From a bacterium (GTDB taxonomy: Bacteria > Patescibacteriota > Microgenomatia > UBA1400 > UBA12108), in contig JAJYKS010000005.1 in NCBI GenBank assembly GCA_021788365.1, forward strand, positions 14,754 through 78,753: DNA of 64,000 nt. The letters run 5' to 3'. Below are positions 16,452 to 25,435 of the stretch, piece by piece. The notes under the pieces were generated by a model. That model had not been told where the DNA came from, searched no databases, and saw only the letters and a list, made by a program, of their open reading frames with translations. The position numbers and the translations under genes were made by a program. Numbering within the stretch: position 1 is the first letter of the stretch; each line of letters starts with the position of its first letter.

Positions 16452-19061
16452 TTATGGAGTGAGGTTGGGTATGGGGATGTTATTCCAGGGTGGAACTTGA
16501 AGACTTCGTACTGCTTGGTTGCAGAAGGAATCTCCTGGTTGCCTCCACGCTGAAATGGTTGGCGAACTTTGACCATTACTGGCTTTGAGTTCGTTATACG
16601 CGGGAACCGCAAGGCTCGCGTATTTCTGCGTTTCTGCAGGCCAACTGGACATAGGTCCGGAGACTCCTCCCATACCACCGTTGTAGCAGCCAAACGACCT
16701 TTGTAGGTCGCCTGGGAACGCGGCAAAGCACTGGTTGAGCCAGTCGTACGCTTTGCTAGCGTTTTGTTCAGGATCTTGCATGGTGGCAGTGGTCTGTTGG
16801 TCAGATGGCCAATGGGATGGCATGACCTGAAACAGGCCCTGTGCACCACTAACCGACTCAGCTGTCGGACGGCCGCACGACTCGAAAGTCATAACGACGG
16901 CGCCAACCAGCGGGTCGGTGGTAGCCCCTTTGCCGTACTGGACTGACCATTTGTTGATGTCAGGCAGCCAGTACTGGACGGTGGGTGGGAGCCCTTGGCC
17001 TTGGATAGCCAAAGGGTTGGGGGTAGGAGGGGGCGGCGTAGTCGCACGAGCCATGGTGAAGCCGACGCTTGCAAAAAGCGCCAGGACGAGGCTCGTAGCC
17101 ATAATCCCGTGCAGGATTTGCCCAAAGCAGCCACGCTGCTTTTTTTCCACAACCCAGTATCCACCCATGTCGCGCGTTTGTTTCACGTAAAACCATCGGT
17201 TTAGGAGGCCGTTGGCGACGAAAAATAGCGCGACAATGGTCATGGCCATATGGCTAATCGTTGACTCACCGCCCATCCAGGCTGCAAATCCATATATTCC
17301 TATATGGAAAAGCTCCGGCGTGACGAGAAATGCGAATGCCATGATGCCCAGCCACCAGCGTAATCCCCATTGTATGGACTCGCTCGCGACGCGCCACCAC
17401 ATGGGTAGCGAATCGGTAACCCACATCGTACCAAGCGCGATCCATCCCGGCCGAAGCCAAAGGATGAGAAGAAACACTAGCACCAACATGGCTATGGAAG
17501 CCCAGGTGGCGAATGTCCCATTGCTTGGGAGAATAGGTGCTTGTGGAGCGGGTGTGGCTACCACGGGTGTTCCCTGAGCGGGGACAGGAGTGGGAGCAAC
17601 GTGTGTCGGAGCGGCGATCATGCGCGTAACCCATAGGGTTAGCAAGTCGCCGTCGACCTTCCAGTGGAGCGTAACGGGTGTGGAGTACGTGTTACAAAAA
17701 CGCACGTCTTCGCCGTTCTTCTGGGTGGGATCCGCAACGTCATTTACCGTATTTACGGCAAACGAGAATTGTGGATTAACTCCCGGGATCTGTGTGTGAT
17801 GTCGGGTGGTCGACGTAAAGTCAACTTTGACGCCTGCGCCGTCGAGGGTCTCTGAGACCATCGAGGAAATATCGCAAGCGCCGGCACCTAACCGCACGTC
17901 ACCCACTTCGGCGACTCCCATACCGGCATCTGCCGTATAGGGGCCGAAGAAGCCATTTAACCACCAACACCCTGGTTGGATATCCAGCTGGCCGGAGAAA
18001 CTTGACGGTACCGTGAGGTACGCATCTTTTGTTTTCTTGCCAGGTGATACTGCCCAGAGTGTCGTTAACATGTTTTCTCTATACGTCGAGTAACTTCCGT
18101 AATTGAGTCGCATGTTATACGTGTTGGAAACCAACACATCTTCTCCTGGAGCGGGAGTCGAAGTAGGGGTTGGGCTGGTAACCGACGAATTAGGCTTTTG
18201 ACCTGAATCTACGGTGACCACCCTTTGGCCTGCCACATATTGGTATACGCGGGTGTAGACCTCCCATACGACGTTTGCCCAGTCCTGTGGCGAAGTTGGT
18301 AATGACGAGATGTTGGGGGTTTGGGTTGCTGCTGGTGCCGCACTTGGGGATGGGGGAGCAGAGGAGACGGAACTTGCTGGGGGAGGATTCTGACCGAGAA
18401 TGTCACGGGGATTTTCCCAGATTAGCATCCAGTCAGAAAGAACTTCTGCCTGCAAGTACGGATCTCTGGTTGGCCGCGGTTGCGCGAGGTGCTGCTCGAT
18501 GGCAACCGGGTCGTTGTTCGCGTCGAACAAACCCACGTGAACGTGGGGCTCCGTCCACCGAACACTATTGCCCTTAATAGGCGACATGTATCCGAGTGGC
18601 TGTCCTTGCTGTATCCATTCTCCCAAGTGAATTTCGCTAAATCTCGTCGTATCGAGATGGACGTAAATAAAGAACACCGTCCGACCACGATAGGTTGATT
18701 TAACGATAACTGCGTCACCCCAAGGAGCAGAGAGCCAACTGGGCCAGCTGCCGACGTGAACGATCTCTCCAGGGAGGATCGGATACACCGGTGTATCTGC
18801 TGGCGCGCAGATGTCTATACCCTCATGGCCAGAGCCGTCTCCTACGTTGTTCCCGGGTTTATTGACCTGGGGACTAAACTCGATCACACACGTGACGTGT
18901 GTATCGCTGGAGACGGGCCACTGGGGGGTGGGATCGCTTGTCGGCTGTTGAGCCTGCACTCGTGCCATAGGCACGAGAGATACTAGAAGCGCGATGAGGA
19001 GAATCCCCATCGCGAGCCGTGCTTGCGCGCGAGTACGCATGGGTTTTCTCCTTTCTCGCAA
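16452..19061 (-). CDS. Cell-wall hydrolase fusion: signal peptide + M23 (LytM) peptidase + polytopic TM region + C-terminal lytic transglycosylase (SLT) domain
   Basis: M23 motifs GHEGIDICAPADTPVYP...HLGEW...HVHVGL; Pro-rich linker; ~6 TM helices; SLT motif ESCGRPTAESVSGAQGLFQVMPSHW. SD AAGGAGA 8 nt upstream of the ATG at 19061. Confidence 0.8.
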   Translation of the reverse strand: MRERRKPMRTRAQARLAMGILLIALLVSLVPMARVQAQQPTSDPTPQWPVSSDTHVTCVIEFSPQVNKPGNNVGDGSGHEGIDICAPADTPVYPILPGEIVHVGSWPSWLSAPWGDAVIVKSTYRGRTVFFIYVHLDTTRFSEIHLGEWIQQGQPLGYMSPIKGNSVRWTEPHVHVGLFDANNDPVAIEQHLAQPRPTRDPYLQAEVLSDWMLIWENPRDILGQNPPPASSVSSAPPSPSAAPAATQTPNISSLPTSPQDWANVVWEVYTRVYQYVAGQRVVTVDSGQKPNSSVTSPTPTSTPAPGEDVLVSNTYNMRLNYGSYSTYRENMLTTLWAVSPGKKTKDAYLTVPSSFSGQLDIQPGCWWLNGFFGPYTADAGMGVAEVGDVRLGAGACDISSMVSETLDGAGVKVDFTSTTRHHTQIPGVNPQFSFAVNTVNDVADPTQKNGEDVRFCNTYSTPVTLHWKVDGDLLTLWVTRMIAAPTHVAPTPVPAQGTPVVATPAPQAPILPSNGTFATWASIAMLVLVFLLILWLRPGWIALGTMWVTDSLPMWWRVASESIQWGLRWWLGIMAFAFLVTPELFHIGIYGFAAWMGGESTISHMAMTIVALFFVANGLLNRWFYVKQTRDMGGYWVVEKKQRGCFGQILHGIMATSLVLALFASVGFTMARATTPPPPTPNPLAIQGQGLPPTVQYWLPDINKWSVQYGKGATTDPLVGAVVMTFESCGRPTAESVSGAQGLFQVMPSHWPSDQQTTATMQDPEQNASKAYDWLNQCFAAFPGDLQRSFGCYNGGMGGVSGPMSSWPAETQKYASLAVPAYNELKASNGQSSPTISAWRQPGDSFCNQAVRSLQVPPWNNIPIPNLTP

Positions 19062-19407
19062 AAATTTGGAACCAACTCAGGGGTAGCGACTATGTCGCGA
19101 CGCCGGTGTTGGCTCCAATTCGTACGAGGTGAGCGCTTCTTGTATTTGTAACAGAAATAAGTTTATAGGACTTTTATACCTATTATTGTTCGTTTACCCT
19201 TGTTAAGGTGCGCTGCTTCCACAACCTCAACCCCGCAATGGGGCAGGCTGACAAAGCAGACACTTGGGCAGGGCGTAGCTATGATGTAGCTGACATCGCG
19301 CAAAGCGACAGGCTACATGTGTAGCTAGTGCGTCATATTATACCCCTGATGGTCAAGTTATGGGCTGAATTTATGTGCTTTAAGTTGTAATAGTCTATTG
19401 AAAGCGC

Positions 19408-19704
19408 CTACGATTTGATTAAAAGCTGTTCGTCCACGTATGTAATTGCTGGAGTAGCCAAGAGTTCGCCAAGTTGGTTGGCCATATTTTCGAGCATGTG
19501 ACTTTGTATCGCGGTTGCGACACCGGCTCCGTCAACTGCACCCATGGGCGCAGCAAGTGGTCCGCCACCTAATCCAACGGTAAAACCTACGGCGGCTACC
19601 GCTAGGCGTGCAATACCAACGTTGCGCTGTAGCTCTTCAATTTGCTCGAGCGTAGCTTCTATTGCTGCTTCACGTGCTGGGTTGATCAGTACTATTTCTG
19701 GCAT
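19408..19704 (-). CDS. Gly/Ala-rich hypothetical protein (98 aa)
   Basis: Clean ORF with a G/A-rich central segment. Confidence 0.4.
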   Translation of the reverse strand: MPEIVLINPAREAAIEATLEQIEELQRNVGIARLAVAAVGFTVGLGGGPLAAPMGAVDGAGVATAIQSHMLENMANQLGELLATPAITYVDEQLLIKS

Positions 19705-19725
19705 GGTAATAGTATATCTTGTCGG

Positions 19726-19932
19726 TCAAGCATCGATAGTTTCATCGAACTGAATAATATCTAGCAACGAAAGTTCGTTCAGTGGGATGCCGGTGCGTTG
19801 CGAAATAAGCGTGGCCTTGAGCATGAGCGCGTCTAACCCGTTTGCGTCGACGCGCATGACTTCTTTGCCCGCAATCTCTTCGACGGTAGTGTTCTTTAGT
19901 TTTTCTGTGAGAACTACCTCAATTTTGACCAT
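19726..19932 (-). CDS. Small hypothetical protein (~68 aa from internal Met)
   Basis: ORF 19726-20034; start placed at MVKIEVVLTEK..., because the upstream part is C/R-rich read-through. Confidence 0.35.
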   Translation of the reverse strand: MVKIEVVLTEKLKNTTVEEIAGKEVMRVDANGLDALMLKATLISQRTGIPLNELSLLDIIQFDETIDA

Positions 19933-20238
19933 GTATGTATTGTATACGCTATGACAAGTGCCCTGCTTGTTGCGCCTTGGGCGTATACTACAGGTCGTGA
20001 GTGGAAATAAAAAGGAGTTGACGTTTACGGACATGGTAAACCCCTATTGTACCGAAGGCGGGGTGGGGTGGAGCGTAGCACGGATCGTCGAAGCGGGTCT
20101 ATTAACATTTTTGTTTATTCTGGGACTCGGACAAGTGGGGATAGAGAACCCCTTGCCTTATGTGGGCGGCGCGATATTTTTTCTTTCAACGATAGTCGTC
20201 CAGACTCGGCGTTTTCCCACACTGCATTAGTGACTACG

Positions 20239-20790
20239 CTACCATTTGATAACTGAGCCGGGGTCTTTGATCTCTATAAATTGGTCTTTTTCGCGGTCGA
20301 GGAAATAGAGAGGTAAGCTCTCTTTTTTGGTGTAGTCGGTGAAGAGCACTCCTTCGAGGTGGTCGTATTCGTGCTGGAACAGCCTGGCCGGGAAGCTCGT
20401 CAGAATTTTCGTGAACTCTTTGCCGTGCTCGTCTATGGCTCTCACCTTGATGCGTTTGCTCCGCCACACGGGGCCGTAGAGCCAGGGGATCGACAGGCAG
20501 CCTTCGAGTGTGGGCCGCTCTGGCTTGCCGCCAAGGGTGAGCGACTCGTCCATATCTAATACTTCGGGGTTGAGGTAGACCTTCATGCGTTCGTCGAGGT
20601 ACGTCACGAAGCCGCGGATGTTGTAGCCGATCTGGGGGAAGGAGAGGCCGACGCCCTCGGGATTCTTGGCGTCTTTCATGGAGGCTTTTAGCTCGTCGAC
20701 CTTTGCCTGTAGCTCGGTGTCCACGCGCATAATCCGCGCGGACTTGCGGCGGAGAGTGTCGTGTGGTACGGTCAAGATAGGTTTGTCCAT
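20239..20790 (-). CDS. def: Peptide deformylase
   Basis: The three PDF motifs are present: GVGLSFPQIG, EGCLSIP, HEYDHLEG. Confidence 0.9.
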   Translation of the reverse strand: MDKPILTVPHDTLRRKSARIMRVDTELQAKVDELKASMKDAKNPEGVGLSFPQIGYNIRGFVTYLDERMKVYLNPEVLDMDESLTLGGKPERPTLEGCLSIPWLYGPVWRSKRIKVRAIDEHGKEFTKILTSFPARLFQHEYDHLEGVLFTDYTKKESLPLYFLDREKDQFIEIKDPGSVIKW

Positions 20791-20816
20791 AGGAGAATTA
20801 TAACAAAAGGAGATGT

Positions 20817-21029
20817 ATGGCGATGTCGGATTGGCTAAATGAGTTAGGTAGACTCAGAGTTCTTATGAGTAAGGGTCATATTTCGTTTTCTGAATTTATT
20901 GCTAGAAAAGGAATAATAGAAGGGAATAATGCCACTAATAACATGGAAGGCTTAGATTCGAGCGGAAGACTTCATGCTATAGAAAGTGACTCAAGACGGG
21001 TTGAAACAATAAAGGGGCGACGGACTTAG
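20817..21029 (+). CDS. Small hypothetical protein (70 aa)
   Basis: SD AAAGGAG 5 nt upstream of the ATG. Confidence 0.35.
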   Translation: MAMSDWLNELGRLRVLMSKGHISFSEFIARKGIIEGNNATNNMEGLDSSGRLHAIESDSRRVETIKGRRT

Positions 21030-21030
21030 A

Positions 21031-23103
21031 TTATTTGAGGTATTTGTCTATCTTTTCTTTTAGTTGTCCAGAGTAGGTGGCGAGGTGGGACTTGGCGTCT
21101 TTGAGGAGCGCCGGGATTTTGTCCGCCTGTTTCGTCTGCTCGTAGAGGAGGGTGAGCGCATAGTATGGCTCTTCGTAATCCGGTTTTAGTGAGATGGCGT
21201 CTTGTAGCTGCCCTTCGGCACCAGTAAGGTTGCCGAGACGCGTATCTAAGAGTCCTAGATTATAGGCCAATTTTGGGTCGGTGGGGGCAAGCTCGCGGGC
21301 CTTTTTCAACTCGTCGTAGGCCTGATTGTTGTACGAGGGCTTATACGTGGCGAGCGTCAGGTATATTTTTGCCCGAGATTTGTAGTAGTTGAGGTGCCAG
21401 GGGTTTTCTTCTTTGGTCAGCAAGGCTTCTTGTAGCGCTAAGTCTTCATATTTTTGTGTGGTGGCCTTTACCAGGTCATTTTTGCTTTCGGCGGCGGCTA
21501 GGGCTACGGTGGCATAGGCTTCGCCCAAAGCACTATGGAATAGCGGCTCGGCGGGTCTATCGGCGACAGCACGCGAGAGCAGTGGTATAGCTGTGCCAAC
21601 AATGTTTGCATCTAGATAGGCTTTACCTTTGGCGTAGTCTAGGTCGGCGAGGTAAAGGCGGATCGGCCAGGAGAGAGCAACGGCGGAGAGGGTGAACAAT
21701 ATCGCATAATGGGTAAATGTATATGTACCTTCGGTGCTCAAATCGTTCGCGTCTAATTCTTTTGCAACAGTGGATCCGAGTGCGGCGAGCACCGTCATCA
21801 CAAAGTAGACGGGGATCACCGAAAATCCAAAAAAGTTGGTTACAAAAAACCCAATTATGGCTGCCAGGAGTATGGGGTAATAGGTACGACGTGCATCGCC
21901 ATCCTCCTGTCGTACTTTTTTCGATTTTGCGATTTTCGTAAAAGCAACTGCAGCGCAGGCGAGGTGCCACCACAAATAGGCAGCTAGTCCTACGAGCCCC
22001 GCGCCGGCGGCAATATTTAGATATTCGTTGTGGGCCTTGTTATACAGGAAATCCCACTCGCTCGTCAGATTGTGAGCAACGGGCCGTACCCAGTAGTAGG
22101 TGTACGCAAACGTCTCCGGTCCGGTGCCCAAAATGGGGTGTTCTTCTATGAGTTTGAGCGCTCCAGTCCACACGATTTTGCGGATGGTGCCTGACTCCGT
22201 GCCGCCCTCTTCGAGCGCTGTGTTGCCTGCTACGACAGCAGGGGGTGGGGGCGTGAGGTCTTTCTTTATGAGAGTAAAAAGTGACGGTGTCGCAACGGTG
22301 CCGGTCACTATGGGTACTATAACGATGAGCAACGTGTGGTGGATGATGTATGCACGCATGCTCTCCCAAGAAAAATTACGAATGAGGAGTGCTATATAGG
22401 CAACATAGGCTAATGCGAATCCGAGGAGACCCGAACGCGATTTGGAGAGATACAGCGCAGCAAGGAGAAGGGAATAGGAAATGGTATAGGGGAGATGGGA
22501 AGATTGATTTTTTTTATAGTTTGCCATAGAGAGGTACAGCACAAGAAAGAGGTTGGGGATCACATATGCGGCGAGCCAGTTAGGTTGGCCGAGGGTGCTG
22601 AAAGGGCGGTTGACCACGTCCTGTACCCACAGACTTTTGTCTATCCCAAAGCGCTCTGTAATGGCGTACATGCTAACGAGAAAAGCTGTTCCAATAGATA
22701 TTTTTATTATTTTATGGGTACTTTTTTTGTCCAGCCATTTTACCGCTGCAAAGTAGATGATCGTGTAGCAAATAGTGGTAAGGAGTCCTTGGTGGAAGCG
22801 AGAGTAATAGCCCCAAAATGAGGTATAGGGATTTATCGAAAAAATGGTGGCGAGTGTTTGGGTGGCGAGCACAGCGAGTATGCTCCAATGCATGAAACGA
22901 AGGGTGCTCGGCGTGTCACTTCTCCACACCTTCCAGTCGTGTGACACTGCGATATGGATAGCCCAGGCGATGGTGATCACGAGTGTGCCGGATAGGAGAA
23001 GAATAAACTTGGGGAACTCGAAGAGCTCGGAGTTATAAATGGTAAAGGTGAGGGGGATGAAAATGGAGAGCAAGTAGAGAGTCCAGACGATAATTTTCCG
23101 CAT
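21031..23103 (-). CDS. Polytopic membrane protein with O-antigen-ligase-like core and C-terminal TPR repeats
   Basis: ~12 TM helices in the N-terminal 450 aa, then TPR-like repeats (AYNLGLLDTRLGNLTGAEGQLQDAISLKPDYEEPYYAL). Confidence 0.55.
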   Translation of the reverse strand: MRKIIVWTLYLLSIFIPLTFTIYNSELFEFPKFILLLSGTLVITIAWAIHIAVSHDWKVWRSDTPSTLRFMHWSILAVLATQTLATIFSINPYTSFWGYYSRFHQGLLTTICYTIIYFAAVKWLDKKSTHKIIKISIGTAFLVSMYAITERFGIDKSLWVQDVVNRPFSTLGQPNWLAAYVIPNLFLVLYLSMANYKKNQSSHLPYTISYSLLLAALYLSKSRSGLLGFALAYVAYIALLIRNFSWESMRAYIIHHTLLIVIVPIVTGTVATPSLFTLIKKDLTPPPPAVVAGNTALEEGGTESGTIRKIVWTGALKLIEEHPILGTGPETFAYTYYWVRPVAHNLTSEWDFLYNKAHNEYLNIAAGAGLVGLAAYLWWHLACAAVAFTKIAKSKKVRQEDGDARRTYYPILLAAIIGFFVTNFFGFSVIPVYFVMTVLAALGSTVAKELDANDLSTEGTYTFTHYAILFTLSAVALSWPIRLYLADLDYAKGKAYLDANIVGTAIPLLSRAVADRPAEPLFHSALGEAYATVALAAAESKNDLVKATTQKYEDLALQEALLTKEENPWHLNYYKSRAKIYLTLATYKPSYNNQAYDELKKARELAPTDPKLAYNLGLLDTRLGNLTGAEGQLQDAISLKPDYEEPYYALTLLYEQTKQADKIPALLKDAKSHLATYSGQLKEKIDKYLK

Positions 23104-23164
23104 GGGTAGAGTATATCAGGATTATTTGTTGGGGATTGCTTGTACTATTTTTTACTAGGATTGC

Positions 23165-23246
23165 GCTCCTTTCAGGAAAAATATGCTTGCATGACAAGCG
23201 CGCTACGCATATTTTTCTTGAATAGGTGCTCGTATACGTAAAAAAT
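23165..23246 (+). promoter_or_regulatory. ~80-nt conserved upstream element (copy B): GCTCCTTTCAGGAAAAAT ...60 nt... GGTGCTCGTATACGTAAAAAAT
   Basis: Both sub-motifs, and the internal CG.ATTTTyCTTG, recur with the same ~59-60-nt spacing at 58539-58619 upstream of folD. Lies 89 nt upstream of the mreB start. Confidence 0.5.
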
Positions 23247-23334
23247 CCCACTCACAATCTCCCTGATATTCTTTGATGTTTTATGATTGGGTAAAATGAC
23301 GATAATTACCAGATATGTTATCATGCAAACGCTT

Positions 23335-24387
23335 ATGTTAAACACGCTTCTCGGCTTTTTTTCACAGGACATGGGGATCGATCTCGGCACAGCAAACACG
23401 CTCGTATTTGTAAAAGGTAAGGGTATCCTCATCCGTGAGCCATCGTACGTTGCGCGCCACAAGCGCAGTGGTTCGGTCTTGGCAATTGGCTCGGAAGCAA
23501 AGCTCATGGCTGGGAAGACACCGGAGGCGATCGAGGCGATACGCCCCCTACGCGACGGAGTGATCGCCGATTTCGACGCTGCGGAGGCAATGCTCGACTA
23601 CTATATCAAACTAGTTCATCAACACAGTCCATGGGTCTCCAGAGTACCGCGACCGCGAGTCATCGTGGGGATCCCATCGGGTGTGACGGAAGTGGAACGG
23701 CGAGCGGTACAAGAGGCCGCAATCGAGGCCGGGGCGCGGGAGGCATATCTCGTGGAGGAGCCTATGGCGGCTGCAATCGGCGCGGGACTCCCCATCGATG
23801 AGCCACAGGGGCAGATGATCATCGATATTGGTGGTGGCACCACGGAGATTGCGGTGTTGTCCTTGGGGGGAATTGTTCTCAACAAATCGCTGCGAATCGC
23901 GGGAGATGAGCTGACTGAAGCGATTATCCATTTTGCTCGGGTGAAATATGGCCTGCTTTTGGGGGATGCCTCGGCGGAAGAGGTAAAAATAGCCGTGGGG
24001 AGCGCGACCGCCGATCCCTCCCACAAAGAATTACAAACGGTGGTACGCGGTCGAGACCTTGGGTCTGGACTACCCAAATCGCTCAAGTTCTCGGCTTCGG
24101 AAGTGCGGGAGGCGCTCTCGCCGACCCTGCAATCTATAACTCGTGCAGTAATGGACGTTCTCGAGGAGACACCGCCAGAGCTTGTGGCCGATATTCTTCA
24201 ACACGGGATAACTATGGCGGGCGGCGGCTCACTCATTCGTGGTATAGACAAGATGATTGCGGAGGAAACAAAGATGCCGGTCTGGATTACCGACGAGCCA
24301 ATGGCCGCAGTCGTGCGTGGGTGTGGAAAGCTATTGTCTGATGATCGCTTGCTGCGGAAAGTGAAGGTTGGGGCTCGCCTGCGGTAG
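23335..24387 (+). CDS. mreB: Rod-shape-determining protein MreB
   Basis: MLNTLLGFFSQDMGIDLGTANTLV..., IGGGTTEIAV and C-terminal actin-fold motifs. Start at 23335 gives the same N-terminal spacing as E. coli MreB; the ORF track starts at a TTG at 23287. Confidence 0.9.
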   Translation: MLNTLLGFFSQDMGIDLGTANTLVFVKGKGILIREPSYVARHKRSGSVLAIGSEAKLMAGKTPEAIEAIRPLRDGVIADFDAAEAMLDYYIKLVHQHSPWVSRVPRPRVIVGIPSGVTEVERRAVQEAAIEAGAREAYLVEEPMAAAIGAGLPIDEPQGQMIIDIGGGTTEIAVLSLGGIVLNKSLRIAGDELTEAIIHFARVKYGLLLGDASAEEVKIAVGSATADPSHKELQTVVRGRDLGSGLPKSLKFSASEVREALSPTLQSITRAVMDVLEETPPELVADILQHGITMAGGGSLIRGIDKMIAEETKMPVWITDEPMAAVVRGCGKLLSDDRLLRKVKVGARLR

Positions 24388-25435
24388 AATAGTGCTTGTG
24401 AAAACGTTCCAAAAACTAAAACAAAATCCAGCGTTGTGGCGGCCGTATTTCGTGCGGGAACAGGTTATCGATGCCACGCGCGCCTATTTGAAGGGTCGCG
24501 GGTTTCATGAGGTGGAGACGCCGCTTCTTTTGCCAACGCCCTCTACCGAGCCATTCCTCGAAGTTTTCCGAACTGAGCTCAAGAATGATGTTGGCCGCAC
24601 GTGGCCGGCGTTCCTCCCTACGAGTCCGGAATATGCGCTAAAGAAACTTCTTGCTGCGGGATCAGGTTCGATATTCGAGATCACCAAAAGCTTTAGGAAT
24701 GGTGAGGGGAAGAGCAGCCGGCACAACCCCGAGTTCACCATTCTTGAATGGTATGAGGTCGGTGGGGATTATATGAGTGTTGCAAAAGACATGGAAGCGC
24801 TTCTTTTGTATATCAATAGAAAAGTGCATGGGCGAGATACCACAACACTCCAATACCAGGGTAAAAAATACTCACTTGCGGTACCGTGGGAGAAAATCTC
24901 GGTTGCTGAGGCGTTCCAGAAGTACGCGGGGATCGATACGGAGACGATGCTCGATGGCAAACGGCTTATGGCCTACGGCCTACAACATGGATATCAAGTG
25001 CGAGAAGATACAACGTGGGAGGAAATCTGGAACCAGATCATGGCGAACGAGATAGAGCCACACCTTGGAGTTGGTGGGCCGACTATTTTGTACGACTATC
25101 CAGTGGCACAGGCAGTACTCTCGAGACATGCGGCCGACTCACGATTTGCCGAGCGGTGGGAGCTGTACCTCGCGGGGCTCGAACTCGCCAATTGTTATGG
25201 CGAACTCACCGATTCGGCGGAAGTGGAGCGGCGCAGCTGGCGTGACCTCGCAGCGCGGAAGCAGCTTGGTAAAACAAACTTTCCTATAGATGAAGATTTT
25301 ATCGAGGCGCTCAAAATGGGCATGCCTTCTTCTGGTGGAGTGGCGGTGGGGATGGACAGGCTTGCGATGCTCTTTGCCGATGTGACAACTATTGGGGATG
25401 TGCGATTTTTTCCAGCAGCAGAACTTTTTACCTAG
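24368..25435 (+). CDS. epmA: EF-P--(R)-beta-lysine ligase (EpmA/PoxA/GenX; class II LysRS paralog lacking anticodon-binding domain)
   Basis: TSPEYALKKLLAAGSGSIFEITKSFRNGEGKSSRHNPEFTILEWY, ERWELYLAGLELANCYGELTD and IEALKMGMPSSGGVAVGMDRLAML align with E. coli EpmA motifs 1-3. Start uncertain; 24368 overlaps the mreB stop by 20 nt. Confidence 0.85.
   Translation: MGLACGRIVLVKTFQKLKQNPALWRPYFVREQVIDATRAYLKGRGFHEVETPLLLPTPSTEPFLEVFRTELKNDVGRTWPAFLPTSPEYALKKLLAAGSGSIFEITKSFRNGEGKSSRHNPEFTILEWYEVGGDYMSVAKDMEALLLYINRKVHGRDTTTLQYQGKKYSLAVPWEKISVAEAFQKYAGIDTETMLDGKRLMAYGLQHGYQVREDTTWEEIWNQIMANEIEPHLGVGGPTILYDYPVAQAVLSRHAADSRFAERWELYLAGLELANCYGELTDSAEVERRSWRDLAARKQLGKTNFPIDEDFIEALKMGMPSSGGVAVGMDRLAMLFADVTTIGDVRFFPAAELFT

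Noticed and set aside
9085-19061. Prophage or ICE interpretation of the hypothetical-protein block
   Set aside because: No integrase, terminase, portal/capsid, relaxase or VirB4 signatures are recognisable, and no obvious att-like direct repeats or tRNA boundary. Reported only as an uncharacterised cluster.
19196-19215. 13-mer cttgttaaggtgc shared between 19201 and 51430, as evidence for another repeat family
   Set aside because: Roughly 60 chance 13-mer matches are expected in 64 kb counting both strands, and no extended similarity surrounds the match.
23619-24086. Long antisense or overlapping ORFs inside well-supported genes (e.g. 23619-24086, 29001-29741, 39239-39685, 39764-40219, 56318-56932, 61352-61927, 37090-37551, 7193-7582, 8236-8637, 1350-1868, 22040-22369)
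   Set aside because: Fully embedded in conserved genes on the opposite strand or in another frame, with R/P/S-rich low-complexity translations typical of GC-rich antisense frames.
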